Below, in pieces: positions 26,312-35,740 of a stretch of 64,000 bases of DNA; within the stretch, counting starts at the first letter, position 1; every line of letters begins with the position of its first letter. The DNA comes from Deltaproteobacteria bacterium (lineage in GTDB: Bacteria; Myxococcota_A; UBA9160; UBA6930): assembly GCA_028817435.1 (NCBI GenBank), contig JAPPPQ010000016.1:15073-79072 (forward strand). The letters are read 5' to 3'. The notes under the pieces are model-generated. The model saw only the letters and a program-made list of their open reading frames with translations. It had not been told where the DNA came from and searched no databases. Position numbers and translations under genes: made by a program.

Positions 26312-28632
26312 CAGTTCACCATGCTGCCGAAGCTCCATTCGATTTCGATTCCGTAGGTGCGCGGCGGGCCGAAACCCTGCACAACCCAAGGAAGAGTGCG
26401 GCCCGAGCTGGTGTAGTAATCAATGCCGAACGGCCTGTAATGCTCATCGAGAATGTTCTTTCCAAAGAGCGAGATGTCAAAAGTGCCGCCCAGGCCGGGA
26501 AGCCTGGCGTCGTAAAGTGTGAGCCTCGCATTCACGACTTCGTAGGGATCGTCTCCCGCCAGAGGCTCGTCCCCGTTTTGCAGCAGAGTTTCGTCCTGCC
26601 AGTAGAAGTCGGATCGGAGCACCATCCGCCCGAAACTGAATTCGCCGATTGTGTATTCGATTCCGGCGCTCACATTGTTTTCGGGAGTCTGTCCGAAATT
26701 CCGGGTATCCGCAACATTCACTCCGTTGTCAATGAATTCCTTGTAATCGGCCTTTGACAGCCCATAGCTCGCATTGATGAGCAGATTGTCGAGGGGAGCC
26801 CAGAGAAGCTCCAACTCCAATCCGTTGACCTCGGCCCGCCCCGCATTCACTGTGGTGGAGCCGATGGTTCCATTGGACAAAACGGCGAGGGCGGTTCGCT
26901 GCAGGTCTTCATAATCCATCAGGAAACCGGCGAGGTTCAGGCGCAGGCGGTTTCCCCAGCCCTGGAATTTGATTCCCGCCTCGTAGGAGAGAACGGTCTC
27001 CTCGTTGTAACCGGTGTCCAGAAGCGCCTGTGTGTTGGCTCGCCCATTGAAGCCGCCTGCCGTGTAGCCCTTGGAGATGGAAACATAGGCATTGAGGCCA
27101 TCGTTCACCCGGAAGCGAATGCGGCCCGTCGGGGTGAAGGCGCTGAAATCCCTCTGCGCCCTTCCGAGGAAGGGGCAGGTGTTTCGGCAATTGCGGTTGT
27201 CTGTGCCGACTTCCTTGTCTTCCCAGGTTTGCCGCAGGCCGGCCTCGAAGCTCAGCCGTTCGTCCAGAACCGGTGGCGTCCAGGTGAAGTGACCGAACAG
27301 CGCCCAGGCATCGGTCTCAATGTGAATCTTGCGGGGGCCGGTTCCGGCCGTGGCGCCAAAGACCTCGTTCAGCGCCCATTGGTAGCTGAATTGATCTCCC
27401 TTCTCCCGGAGGAAAAATGCGCCGAGCACATAATCGAATTGGCCGAAGCCGCCATCCGTGGACCCCACCAGGTTGAATTCCTGGTTCCACCAGGAGATAT
27501 CGTCTCCGGACACATTTCCGAAGATGATCAGAGGCGTTCCGTCCCGGTCAATGAACTTGGAACTCTCGACAGAGCGGTAGCCGGTCACCGATTTGAAAAT
27601 CGTTCCGCCTGCGGACTCACCGGAGAGAGTCAAGCCGCCTCCGAGCACCTCCAGCTCGTCCTCGTTGTGGCTGCAGGGGCCTCTGTCGGGATAGTTGCTG
27701 CCCTCGCAGCCATCCACATTCACATAAGCGGCGCGCTCCGGATTGGCGTAGGAAGAGATGAGGGGGACGACTCTCATGGCTGTGGAATGCGTGGCATCCG
27801 CAAACACATGGGTCAACTGATACTCTGTCTGGCTCTCCTTGGCGTCTGTGTAGTCCACGCTCAGATCTGCAGTCAGGCCGCCGGTCTGCCAGCGCAGAGC
27901 GCCGCGCAGGGCAATTCGGTCTCTGCTCTCTGTGTCCTCTCCAATGTTGTTTTTGTAGAAGCCGTCCCGATTGAGGCTCGCTATGGAAAGGCTGCCACCG
28001 AGAAATCCCGAGCCGCTGTGCGGATCGCCCAGCAGCGGAAACTCCTGGTAAATTCTGAAATCGGTCTGTGAGAATTTCCCGGCAGTGGCGGTGAACTCGC
28101 TGCCCCATCCTCCGGAGGGCTTGCGGGTGATGAAATTGATGGCGCCCGCCGAGGAATTGCGGCCATACAAATCTCCCTGCGGGCCGCGCAACACCTCGAC
28201 GCGGGTCAACTCGACCACATCTATGAGGTTGCCCTGGCTTCGCCCCCAGTAAACCCCGTCAATGTAGACGCTTGCCGGCTGATCCCTGGTGATGAGGCCG
28301 GCGTCGGACTGGTTGATGCTGCGCATATTGATGAAGAAGCCGTCTCCCTGGGCGTTTGCCGCCAAGTTGACATTCGGAATGTAGTCGGTGAGGTCAAGCG
28401 CGTTGCGGATGCCGCGCGCCCGGATGCCTTCCTCCGTCAGTGCGGTGATCGAAATGGCGGTGTCCTGCAAGGTGTTCTCACGCTTTTGTGCGGTCACCAC
28501 GATCTCCTCAATCACCCCCCCCCCCCCCGGGGGGACATCGGTGGATTCGATCTCTTGGGCCTGCACCGGGGGGTGAACAACCAGGGCCAGGGCAACGGCG
28601 ATCCATGCGTGGTTTCGCGTATGGAAACTCAT
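26311..28632 (-). CDS. TonB-dependent receptor
   Basis: ATG 28632 with AGGGAGG RBS. MSFHTRNHAWIAVALALVVHPPVQAQ signal. TonB box/plug IEEIVVTAQKRENTLQDTAISITAL. Barrel ending ...EIEWSFGSMVN. Confidence 0.9.
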   Translation of the reverse strand: MSFHTRNHAWIAVALALVVHPPVQAQEIESTDVPPGGGGVIEEIVVTAQKRENTLQDTAISITALTEEGIRARGIRNALDLTDYIPNVNLAANAQGDGFFINMRSINQSDAGLITRDQPASVYIDGVYWGRSQGNLIDVVELTRVEVLRGPQGDLYGRNSSAGAINFITRKPSGGWGSEFTATAGKFSQTDFRIYQEFPLLGDPHSGSGFLGGSLSIASLNRDGFYKNNIGEDTESRDRIALRGALRWQTGGLTADLSVDYTDAKESQTEYQLTHVFADATHSTAMRVVPLISSYANPERAAYVNVDGCEGSNYPDRGPCSHNEDELEVLGGGLTLSGESAGGTIFKSVTGYRSVESSKFIDRDGTPLIIFGNVSGDDISWWNQEFNLVGSTDGGFGQFDYVLGAFFLREKGDQFSYQWALNEVFGATAGTGPRKIHIETDAWALFGHFTWTPPVLDERLSFEAGLRQTWEDKEVGTDNRNCRNTCPFLGRAQRDFSAFTPTGRIRFRVNDGLNAYVSISKGYTAGGFNGRANTQALLDTGYNEETVLSYEAGIKFQGWGNRLRLNLAGFLMDYEDLQRTALAVLSNGTIGSTTVNAGRAEVNGLELELLWAPLDNLLINASYGLSKADYKEFIDNGVNVADTRNFGQTPENNVSAGIEYTIGEFSFGRMVLRSDFYWQDETLLQNGDEPLAGDDPYEVVNARLTLYDARLPGLGGTFDISLFGKNILDEHYRPFGIDYYTSSGRTLPWVVQGFGPPRTYGIEIEWSFGSMVN
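28515..28534. repeat. Homopolymer palindrome C14G6 (coding strand C6G14) inside the receptor gene
   Basis: Counted directly: C at 28515-28528 and G at 28529-28534. It encodes PPGGGG between the signal peptide and the TonB box. Confidence 0.9.
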
Positions 28633-29393
28633 GTCGCCTCCCTTTCGATGGTGGTGTTGGAGTGGACGGGGCCCATGATGCGGTGGAGGTAGTCGGTGCC
28701 TTCGGCGGCGGGGACGAACCAGCCGGTGGGGCACATGGTGAGCACTTCGACGAAGGAGAAGCCTTCGCCGCGCAACTGGGTCTCGAAGGCGCGGCGCAGC
28801 ATGCGCTTGGTTGCGGCGACGCCGGCGGCGTTGTGCACCGAGCCGCGCGCGGCAAAGGCGGTTCCGGAGAGGGAGCCGATGAGGTCGGTCATCAGGATCG
28901 GGTGGCCGTGGTAGGCGGGGTCGCGCCCCTCCAGAGAGGTCTTGGTGCGCTGTCCCGGCGCGGTGGTTGCGGTCATGTGTCCGCCGGTTTCTCCGAAGAC
29001 GCCGTTGTTCAGCAGCACGCAGGTCACATTCTCGGCGCGGGCCGCGGTGTGGATCACCTCTTGCAGGCCCTCGTTGGCCATGTCGCCGTCGCCCTGGATG
29101 GTGAAGAGCAGGGAATCCGGGCGCATGCGCTTTGCGCCGGTGGCGACGGAGGGCGCGCGGCCGTGCAGGGCCTGGATCAGGTCCAGATCCATCAGGCTCG
29201 CCAGCGCGGTGGAGCAGCCGATTCCCATCACGCCGATGGCGCGCTGGGCGAGGCCGAGCTCTTCAATCACCTCGAGCAGCGAGCGCAACACCAGCGGCTC
29301 CCCGCAGCCGGGACACAGGTCGTGGTCGGTGGAGAGCTGCAGGGTGGGCTTGAATGCGCCGGTCTTCGTGGCGGTCTGGGTCTGCTGAGTCAT
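28629..29393 (-). CDS. korB: 2-oxoacid:ferredoxin oxidoreductase beta (TPP-binding) subunit
   Basis: 254 aa. DHDLCPGCGEPL, GDGDMANEG (TPP motif). Its stop overlaps the receptor ATG (ATGA at 28629-28632). Confidence 0.85.
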   Translation of the reverse strand: MTQQTQTATKTGAFKPTLQLSTDHDLCPGCGEPLVLRSLLEVIEELGLAQRAIGVMGIGCSTALASLMDLDLIQALHGRAPSVATGAKRMRPDSLLFTIQGDGDMANEGLQEVIHTAARAENVTCVLLNNGVFGETGGHMTATTAPGQRTKTSLEGRDPAYHGHPILMTDLIGSLSGTAFAARGSVHNAAGVAATKRMLRRAFETQLRGEGFSFVEVLTMCPTGWFVPAAEGTDYLHRIMGPVHSNTTIEREAT

Positions 29394-30517
29394 GGTTGCA
29401 CCTCTTTTCCTTGCAGGGCTGCGTTGATGCGCCTGCGAATTTCTCCTGCGTTGAGCAGGGGGCCGACGCCGAAACCGGCGGAATCTGAGGAGATGCCGCC
29501 GATGGGAACGACGGGCGCATGGCCGAGAATGGACAGGCGGACATCGTCAATCATCTGCCCGGCGTTCTGTTCCAGCACGGCGACCCGCGCCGCGGACTGC
29601 GCCGCCTTGGCCAGCGCCTGGCTCGGAAAGGGCCATAGAGTCACGGGCCGGAAATATCCGGTGCGCAACCCTTCGGTGCGGAGTTCCCGCACCACATGCC
29701 GCGCAAAGCGCGCGACGCTGCCGAAGGCCACCACCAGAAGCTCGGCGTCCTCCACAAACTCGGCTTCCCAGCGCGATTCTTCCCGATCCATGGCGTCGTG
29801 CTTCGCCTGCAGGCGCTTCCAGAAAGATTCGGGATCAATCCCCTTCTCCCCCGGCGTCATGCCGATGGGGTTCAGGTTGCGCGGTGCGCCGCTGCCGCCG
29901 CGCGATCCGTCCACGGCCCAGTCTTTTGCGGAAGCCCGCGCTGCGTTCTCCGCGCCCGCCGCATCCGCTTCGCCCGCGGCATCGGCCGTCGGCACGGCTA
30001 CGGCTTCTGCGGTGTGCGCCAGCAGGTAATCGCCGTAAATCAGCACGGGATTGCGCCAGCGGTCTGCCAATTGAAAAGCCCGCTGGGTGAGCTGCACCGC
30101 CTCTTTCACATCAATGGGCGCCATGACCAAATGCCGGTAATCGCCGTGGCCGCCGCCCCGGGTGGCCTGGTAGTAATCGCCCTGGCCGCGCGCCATGTTG
30201 AAGACGACGAGGGGCAGCTCGGCCCGGGTGGCCTCCGAAAGCGATTCCTGCATGAGCGACAGGCCCTGGCCCGTCGAGCCGGTAGCCGCGCGCGCGCCAG
30301 TGGCGGCTGCGCCCCAGGCCATGCCCACCGCTTCGATCTCGCTTTCGGCATTGACGCAGACGCCGCCGGCCTGCGGCAGCTTCGCCGCAAAGCTCTCGAG
30401 CAACTCGGTGAAGGGAGTCATGGGATAGCCGGCGAAGAAGCGGCAGCCGCAGGCAATCGCCGCCTCGGCAATGGCCTCGGAGCCCTCCATCAAGCGCCGC
30501 TTTGCGGGCTGCGTCAC
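29390..30517 (-). CDS. korA: 2-oxoacid:ferredoxin oxidoreductase alpha subunit
   Basis: GTG 30517 overlaps the ferredoxin stop (GTGA); an alternative ATG lies at 30490. MEGSEAIAEAAIACGCRFFAGYPMTPFTE, ESEIEAVGMAWGAA. Confidence 0.8.
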   Translation of the reverse strand: MTQPAKRRLMEGSEAIAEAAIACGCRFFAGYPMTPFTELLESFAAKLPQAGGVCVNAESEIEAVGMAWGAAATGARAATGSTGQGLSLMQESLSEATRAELPLVVFNMARGQGDYYQATRGGGHGDYRHLVMAPIDVKEAVQLTQRAFQLADRWRNPVLIYGDYLLAHTAEAVAVPTADAAGEADAAGAENAARASAKDWAVDGSRGGSGAPRNLNPIGMTPGEKGIDPESFWKRLQAKHDAMDREESRWEAEFVEDAELLVVAFGSVARFARHVVRELRTEGLRTGYFRPVTLWPFPSQALAKAAQSAARVAVLEQNAGQMIDDVRLSILGHAPVVPIGGISSDSAGFGVGPLLNAGEIRRRINAALQGKEVQP

Positions 30518-30753
30518 GGCGTCCCCCGGCGCGGGCTCTGGTATTGAAACACCTCGAAGCAGAAATCCGGGCAGACCAGCAGACACGCGCCGCAGCCGGT
30601 GCAGCCCGGCAGCAGTTCCGGGTAGTGCGCGCCCATGGCGTTGCGCGTCTCTGTCATGCGCAGCACGCGGGGCGGGCAGGCCGGGATGCACAGCTCGCAG
30701 CCCTTGCAACGCTCTGTGGCGATTTCCACCGTGCCGCGGCTCCCGTTCTTCAT
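30514..30753 (-). CDS. Small 2x[4Fe-4S] ferredoxin (OFOR delta-type subunit)
   Basis: 79 aa from ATG 30753. CKGCELCIPACP and CTGCGACLLVCP. Confidence 0.75.
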   Translation of the reverse strand: MKNGSRGTVEIATERCKGCELCIPACPPRVLRMTETRNAMGAHYPELLPGCTGCGACLLVCPDFCFEVFQYQSPRRGTP

Positions 30754-31319
30754 GCGCTGCTTCCTCCCGCTGCGGCCGCCGGGTTTTCCCCAGGCCATGC
30801 GAAGCCCAACTGCAGGGCCGTCTTGTTCTGCGGCAAATGCTGACGCCGGTAGGGGGGCAGCGATTCCTCCATGCCGTGGATCAGCGCATCCAGCCCCACC
30901 GCGCCGGAGGCGGCGGCAAATGCGCCGAGCAGCGCCAGGGAAACCGCCAGCGGCGAGCCCGCCTCGACGGCCAGGCGATTTGCGGGCACGGCCAGCGCCC
31001 CCGCCGCGGGCGCTTCGAAAAGGTCGCCGTTTACCACCGCCAGCCCCTGTTTGCGGAGCTTGGCCTGCACCGGCGGCCAGTAGCGCGGGCTCACCCCCAA
31101 AGCGGCCCAGGCCCGCGAGACGATGGGCGGTGAAGAGATCGGCTCCTCTGCGATGATCACGGTGGCGCCGGTATCGCCGCCGCGCATGGTGCCGCCGTAG
31201 GTGCCGAGGCACATCACCTCGCGCCCTTCGTGAATGGCGGCGAGGGCCAGCACCCGGGCGGCGAGCTGCACACCCTGCCCGCCGATTCCCGTCAGCAAAA
31301 TCTCCCGCTCCATCAGCAC
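30750..31319 (-). CDS. korC: 2-oxoacid:ferredoxin oxidoreductase gamma subunit
   Basis: 189 aa. ILLTGIGGQGVQLAARVLALAA is the typical gamma-subunit P-loop-like motif. Confidence 0.75.
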   Translation of the reverse strand: MLMEREILLTGIGGQGVQLAARVLALAAIHEGREVMCLGTYGGTMRGGDTGATVIIAEEPISSPPIVSRAWAALGVSPRYWPPVQAKLRKQGLAVVNGDLFEAPAAGALAVPANRLAVEAGSPLAVSLALLGAFAAASGAVGLDALIHGMEESLPPYRRQHLPQNKTALQLGFAWPGENPAAAAGGSSA

Positions 31320-31990
31320 GCCGCTCCGCTGCGGCGCAGGCCGGCCCAGGCGAAGTCCTCGACGCGCCGCGCGTCTTCCCGGGAGGCCGCGCCGCCCTCA
31401 ATCAGCCGCGCCTGCACCCAGCCCATGGCCAGGTGGTAGAGGCTCTCGGCGTCGCGCTCGGGCACAACGCCCGGCAGTTCGCCGCTGGCCGCCGCGCGCT
31501 CCAGCACCTCGCGCAGCGGGGCGGTGACGCGCCGCTGGGATTGCGCCATTTCCTCGGCCCAGGCGCTGTCGAGCTGCCCCTGCCCCAGCACAAAGGGCCG
31601 CGTCGCCTCGGCGGCGTCGGGGTTCAGCGCCTGTTCCAGCAGCCCGCGCAGCCACTCGCGAATGCGGCCTTCGCTGCTCTGCGCCCGGTTCATGCGGCGG
31701 GCCAGGGTGCGGGCCAGCAGCGCAATGCCCTCGTCGAGGACCGTCACCAGCAGCTCGTGCTTGGAGCGGAAGTGGCGGTAGAAGGCCTGGTTGGAGAGCC
31801 CGGCTTCGCGCACAATCTCGCTCACCCGGGGCTGGTGGATGGTGCCGGAGCTGCGAATCAGGCGCAGCGCCGCCTCTACCAGCCGCATGACCTCGCCCAG
31901 GGCGGCCTCCCGGCGGCGTTCCAGGCTACGCTCTGCTGCCCGGGAAAGCGGGGAGCTGCCCTTCTCGAAAGCGAGAACCTTGTTCTCCAT
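31313..31990 (-). CDS. TetR-family transcriptional regulator
   Basis: ATG 31990. HTH region VSEIVREAGLSNQAFYRHFRSKHELL. It overlaps korC by 7 nt on the same strand. Confidence 0.8.
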   Translation of the reverse strand: MENKVLAFEKGSSPLSRAAERSLERRREAALGEVMRLVEAALRLIRSSGTIHQPRVSEIVREAGLSNQAFYRHFRSKHELLVTVLDEGIALLARTLARRMNRAQSSEGRIREWLRGLLEQALNPDAAEATRPFVLGQGQLDSAWAEEMAQSQRRVTAPLREVLERAAASGELPGVVPERDAESLYHLAMGWVQARLIEGGAASREDARRVEDFAWAGLRRSGAAC

Positions 31991-32016
31991 GCGGGGAATG
32001 CTATGCTGAAAAAACC

Positions 32017-33534
32017 ATGCCGTCAACTCAATTCCGGCACTTTTTGATCGGCGACATCTTTCGGCAGAACGCCGCCATTGTCCCCGAGGGGCTTGCGGCG
32101 GCCCTCGGGGGCGAATCCCTCAGCCACGCCGAGCTGGACGCCCGGGGCAACCGGCTGGCCCATGCGTTGCGGGGCCTCGGCATCGGCCACCTGGACCGCG
32201 TCGCCTGCTGGGCGGATACCTGCCTGGAAGTGCTGCCGCTGTTTGCGGCCTGCGCCAAATTGGGCGCGGTGTTCGCCCCGGTCAACGCGCGTCTCGGGCC
32301 GGCGGAAGCCCTGCAGCCGGTGGAACTGGCGCGCCCGGCGCTGCTGGTGGCGGATGGCGAGCGCCTGGCGGGGGCCGCAGAGCTGGCCGGCCAGACGGGC
32401 GCGCCGCTCGCCTGCCTGCACGGCCCGCCGGGCGGCGGCGGGCTCGACTTGGCCGCCGCCGCCGTCCGCGGCCCCGCCGCAGACCTGAGCGAGCCCGCCC
32501 TGCGCGAGGGCGATCCCCATGTGATTTTCTTCACCAGCGGCAGCACGGGGAAGCCGAAGGGCGTCGTGCTTTCGCACCGCGCCAACTGGCTGCGCAGTTT
32601 TCAGGGGCCGTTCCGGGATGATCCCGAGCGGGGGGTGTGCATGTTTCCGCTCTATCACATGGCGGGTTTTTCGCTGGCGCTTTCGGCGTGGCAGACCCGG
32701 GGCAGCATTGCGCTGGTGCACTCGCCCACCCCCGAGGCGCTGCTCTCCGCCGTCCAGAGCACCCGGGCCAACCGCCTCTACTGCATTCCGCTGGTGTGGT
32801 CGCGCATTTTGGCAAGCGATACGGGCCGCTACGATCTCTCGAGTTTGCGCGAGCTGGATACGGGCACCTCGGCGGTCCCCATTGAGTTGCTGCGCGCGCT
32901 GAAAGAGCGCTTTCCCGGCACGCGCACGCGCACCTACTACGGCTCCACCGAGGCGGGCTCCTGCTCCACTTTGTCCGACGCCGATGCGCTGCGAAAGCCG
33001 GGCAGCGTGGGGCTGGCCGCGCCGGCCGCAGCGCTGCGCATTAGCGCCGAGGGCGAGATTTGCGTGCGCAGCCCTTACATGATGGACGGCTACTTCGAGA
33101 ATCCCGAGGCGACGGCGGAGGCGCTGCGCGATGGCTGGTATCACACCGGCGATCTCGGCGCGCTGGACGAAGAGGGCTACCTGCAGGTCACCGGGCGCAT
33201 GCGCGAGGTAATTCGCAGCGGCGGCGAGAGCGTCTCGCCGCTGGAGGTGGAGGCCGCTTTGGCCGGCGCAGCGGGGGTGCGCGAGCTGGCGGTGATCGGC
33301 GTTCCCGACGCCGACTGGGGCGAGTTGGTCTGCGCCGTGGTGGTGCCCGAGCCCGGTGCAAAGGTGACTCTGGAAGCGCTGCAAGCGGTGTGCGAGGGGC
33401 GCATTGCCGGCTTCAAGAAGCCGCGCCGCATTGCATTCGCCGAAGCGCTGCCGCGCACCGCCGCCACCGGACAGGTGCAGCGCGGGCTGCTCGCCGAGCA
33501 GTTGGCGCAGGCCCGCGCCGGAGCCGCGCAGTGA
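32017..33534 (+). CDS. AMP-dependent acyl-CoA synthetase/ligase (class I adenylate-forming)
   Basis: 505 aa. FFTSGSTGKPKGV, YGSTEAG, YHTGDLG, GFKKPRRI. Confidence 0.85.
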   Translation: MPSTQFRHFLIGDIFRQNAAIVPEGLAAALGGESLSHAELDARGNRLAHALRGLGIGHLDRVACWADTCLEVLPLFAACAKLGAVFAPVNARLGPAEALQPVELARPALLVADGERLAGAAELAGQTGAPLACLHGPPGGGGLDLAAAAVRGPAADLSEPALREGDPHVIFFTSGSTGKPKGVVLSHRANWLRSFQGPFRDDPERGVCMFPLYHMAGFSLALSAWQTRGSIALVHSPTPEALLSAVQSTRANRLYCIPLVWSRILASDTGRYDLSSLRELDTGTSAVPIELLRALKERFPGTRTRTYYGSTEAGSCSTLSDADALRKPGSVGLAAPAAALRISAEGEICVRSPYMMDGYFENPEATAEALRDGWYHTGDLGALDEEGYLQVTGRMREVIRSGGESVSPLEVEAALAGAAGVRELAVIGVPDADWGELVCAVVVPEPGAKVTLEALQAVCEGRIAGFKKPRRIAFAEALPRTAATGQVQRGLLAEQLAQARAGAAQ

Positions 33535-34481
33535 GCGCAAAGCTCCGCGTGCTGAGCCATCTGCCGCTGGATTTGATTGCGCGGGTGCCCGAGGCGCATC
33601 CCGATGTGGAGCTGGTGGTGATTCCCGAAGAGGGCGAGCTTGCGCCGGGGCTGCGCGGCGATGTGCTGCTCACCATGACCTGGGATTTGCCCAACACCGC
33701 ACAGGTGCTGAAGCGGGGCATTCGCTGGGTGCACACCTACGGCACCGGCGTGGACCGCTTTCCCTTCGAGGCGCTGGGCGGCGCGGCGCTCACCTGTTCG
33801 CGCGGCGCGAGCGCCGTGCCGATTTCGGAATGGGCGCTGGCGGTCATGCTCGCCTTCGAGAAAGAGCTGCCGGAGCGCTGGATTCACGAGCCCGGCGAGC
33901 CCTGGACGGTGGTGCGCCCACTCGGCGGTCTGCACGGGCGGCGGCTCGGCATTGTCGGCTTCGGCGGCATCGGGCAGGCGCTGGCGGACCGCGCGCTGCC
34001 CTTCGGCATGCGCATTCGCGCCCTGCGCCGCAGCCCCGCGTGCGCGGCCGGGGAAGGGGGCGAAGGAGTCGAGTTTGCGCGCGATCTCGGCGAACTCATG
34101 GCTTTTGCCGATCACCTGGTGCTCGCCGCTCCCGCCACCCGGGAGACCCATCACATGATTGGGCGCGCCGCTTTGGCCCGCGCCCGGCAGGGGCTGCACT
34201 TGGTGAACATTGCGCGCGGCAGCTTGGTGGACCAGGACGCCCTGCGCGAGGCGCTGGACGCGGACCGCATTGCCCGCGCCAGCCTCGACACGGTGACCCC
34301 CGAGCCGCTGCCGGCGGGCCACTGGCTCTACACCCATCCAAAGGTGCGGCTCTCGCCGCACATCTCGTGGTCCGGCCCCGGCAGTTTTGATGCGCTCATC
34401 AACCCCTTCATCGAAAACCTGCGCCGCTTCAAGGCGGGAGAAAAGCTGATCCACCAGGTGAACACCGCGCTCGGCTACTGA
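33531..34481 (+). CDS. D-isomer-specific 2-hydroxyacid dehydrogenase family protein
   Basis: GTG 33531 (GTGA overlap with the ligase stop). GIVGFGGIGQALADRA, NIARGSLVD, SPHISW. Confidence 0.8.
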   Translation: MSAKLRVLSHLPLDLIARVPEAHPDVELVVIPEEGELAPGLRGDVLLTMTWDLPNTAQVLKRGIRWVHTYGTGVDRFPFEALGGAALTCSRGASAVPISEWALAVMLAFEKELPERWIHEPGEPWTVVRPLGGLHGRRLGIVGFGGIGQALADRALPFGMRIRALRRSPACAAGEGGEGVEFARDLGELMAFADHLVLAAPATRETHHMIGRAALARARQGLHLVNIARGSLVDQDALREALDADRIARASLDTVTPEPLPAGHWLYTHPKVRLSPHISWSGPGSFDALINPFIENLRRFKAGEKLIHQVNTALGY

Positions 34482-34541
34482 GCGCGCAGAGAAGGCGAGC
34501 TTGCCAGCGGCGCGGGGCTGGGGCACACTGGCGCACCTTCC

Positions 34542-35738
34542 ATGCACATCGAATTCACCCCCGGACAGCGGGCGCTGCGCGCCGAGTTGCGCGCCTATTA
34601 CCGCGAGCTCTTTGCGGGAGACCTGCGGCAGCGCCTGGACGCCGACTGGGAGCAGCTCGGCGGCGCGGCCTTCCGCGAGGCGGTGGGGCGCATGGGCAGC
34701 GATGGCTGGCTCACGCTGGGCTGGCCGGTGGAGTTCGGCGGGCAGGGCAAGAGCCACCTGGACCAGTTTATCTTCTGGGACGAGACCTACCGCGCGCGCG
34801 CGCCGCTGCCGCTGATCACCGTGAACACCATCGGCCCCATGATCATGCAGTGGGGCAGCGACGAGCAGAAGGCGGAGTTTCTGCCGCGCATTGCGCGGGG
34901 CGAAATCGTCGTCGCCGTCGGCTACACCGAGCCGGGCGCGGGCACCGATCTCGCCTCGTTGCAGACCCGGGCGCGGCGCGATGGCGACGAGTGGGTGATT
35001 GACGGGCAGAAGGTGTTCACCACCCACGCGGGCGACGCCGATTACATCTGGCTGGCCTGCCGCACCGATCCCGATGCGCCGAAGCACAAAGGCATTTCCA
35101 TCGTCATGGTGCCCACCGCCGCGCCGGGGTTTTCCCGCACGCCCATCCGCACCATCGGTGGCGAACTTACCTGGGCCACTTTTTACGAGGGCGTGCGCGC
35201 GCCGCTGGCCAACACCGTCGGGCCGGTGCACGGCGGCTGGGGCCTCATTACCTCGCAGCTCAACTTGGAGCGCATCACCCTGGCCATGCCGGCCTCGCTC
35301 AGCCGGGTGTTCGAAGAAGTGTGGGCCTGGGCGGCGCGGGAAGAGCCGGGCGCGGGCGCGCCGTTGCAAGAAGAATGGGTGCAGCGCGCGCTGGCCCGGG
35401 TGCACGCGCGTCTCGAAGCATTGAAGCTGCTGAACTGGCGCGGCGCATGGCTGCTGGATCAGGGCGCGCAATCCGAACATGGCGCGCAGACCATGGCCTT
35501 CGCCTCGGCGGTCAAGGTCTTCGGCACCGAGACGGTGATCGCCTGCTACCGGGAACTGCTGGAGATTACGCGCGGCGCGGGGTTGTTGCGGCGCGGCGAG
35601 CCCGGCGCGCTCTGCGACGGCTTGCTCGAGAGCGCCTACCGCCTTTCCATGGTCAACACCTTCGGCGGCGGGGTGAACGAGGTGCAGCGCGACATTATCG
35701 CCGCGGCGGGACTCGGCATGCCGCGGGCGCGGCGCTAG
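34542..35738 (+). CDS. Acyl-CoA dehydrogenase family protein
   Basis: 398 aa. YTEPGAGTDLASL, FGGGVNEVQRDII. Confidence 0.85.
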   Translation: MHIEFTPGQRALRAELRAYYRELFAGDLRQRLDADWEQLGGAAFREAVGRMGSDGWLTLGWPVEFGGQGKSHLDQFIFWDETYRARAPLPLITVNTIGPMIMQWGSDEQKAEFLPRIARGEIVVAVGYTEPGAGTDLASLQTRARRDGDEWVIDGQKVFTTHAGDADYIWLACRTDPDAPKHKGISIVMVPTAAPGFSRTPIRTIGGELTWATFYEGVRAPLANTVGPVHGGWGLITSQLNLERITLAMPASLSRVFEEVWAWAAREEPGAGAPLQEEWVQRALARVHARLEALKLLNWRGAWLLDQGAQSEHGAQTMAFASAVKVFGTETVIACYRELLEITRGAGLLRRGEPGALCDGLLESAYRLSMVNTFGGGVNEVQRDIIAAAGLGMPRARR

Positions 35739-35740
35739 CC

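Noticed and set aside
31991-32016. Only 26 bp between divergent TetR and acyl-CoA ligase start codons, considered as a shared operator
   Set aside because: No palindrome is visible in GCGGGGAATGCTATGCTGAAAAAACC. The start-codon choices for both genes are uncertain by a few codons, so the spacing itself is not reliable.
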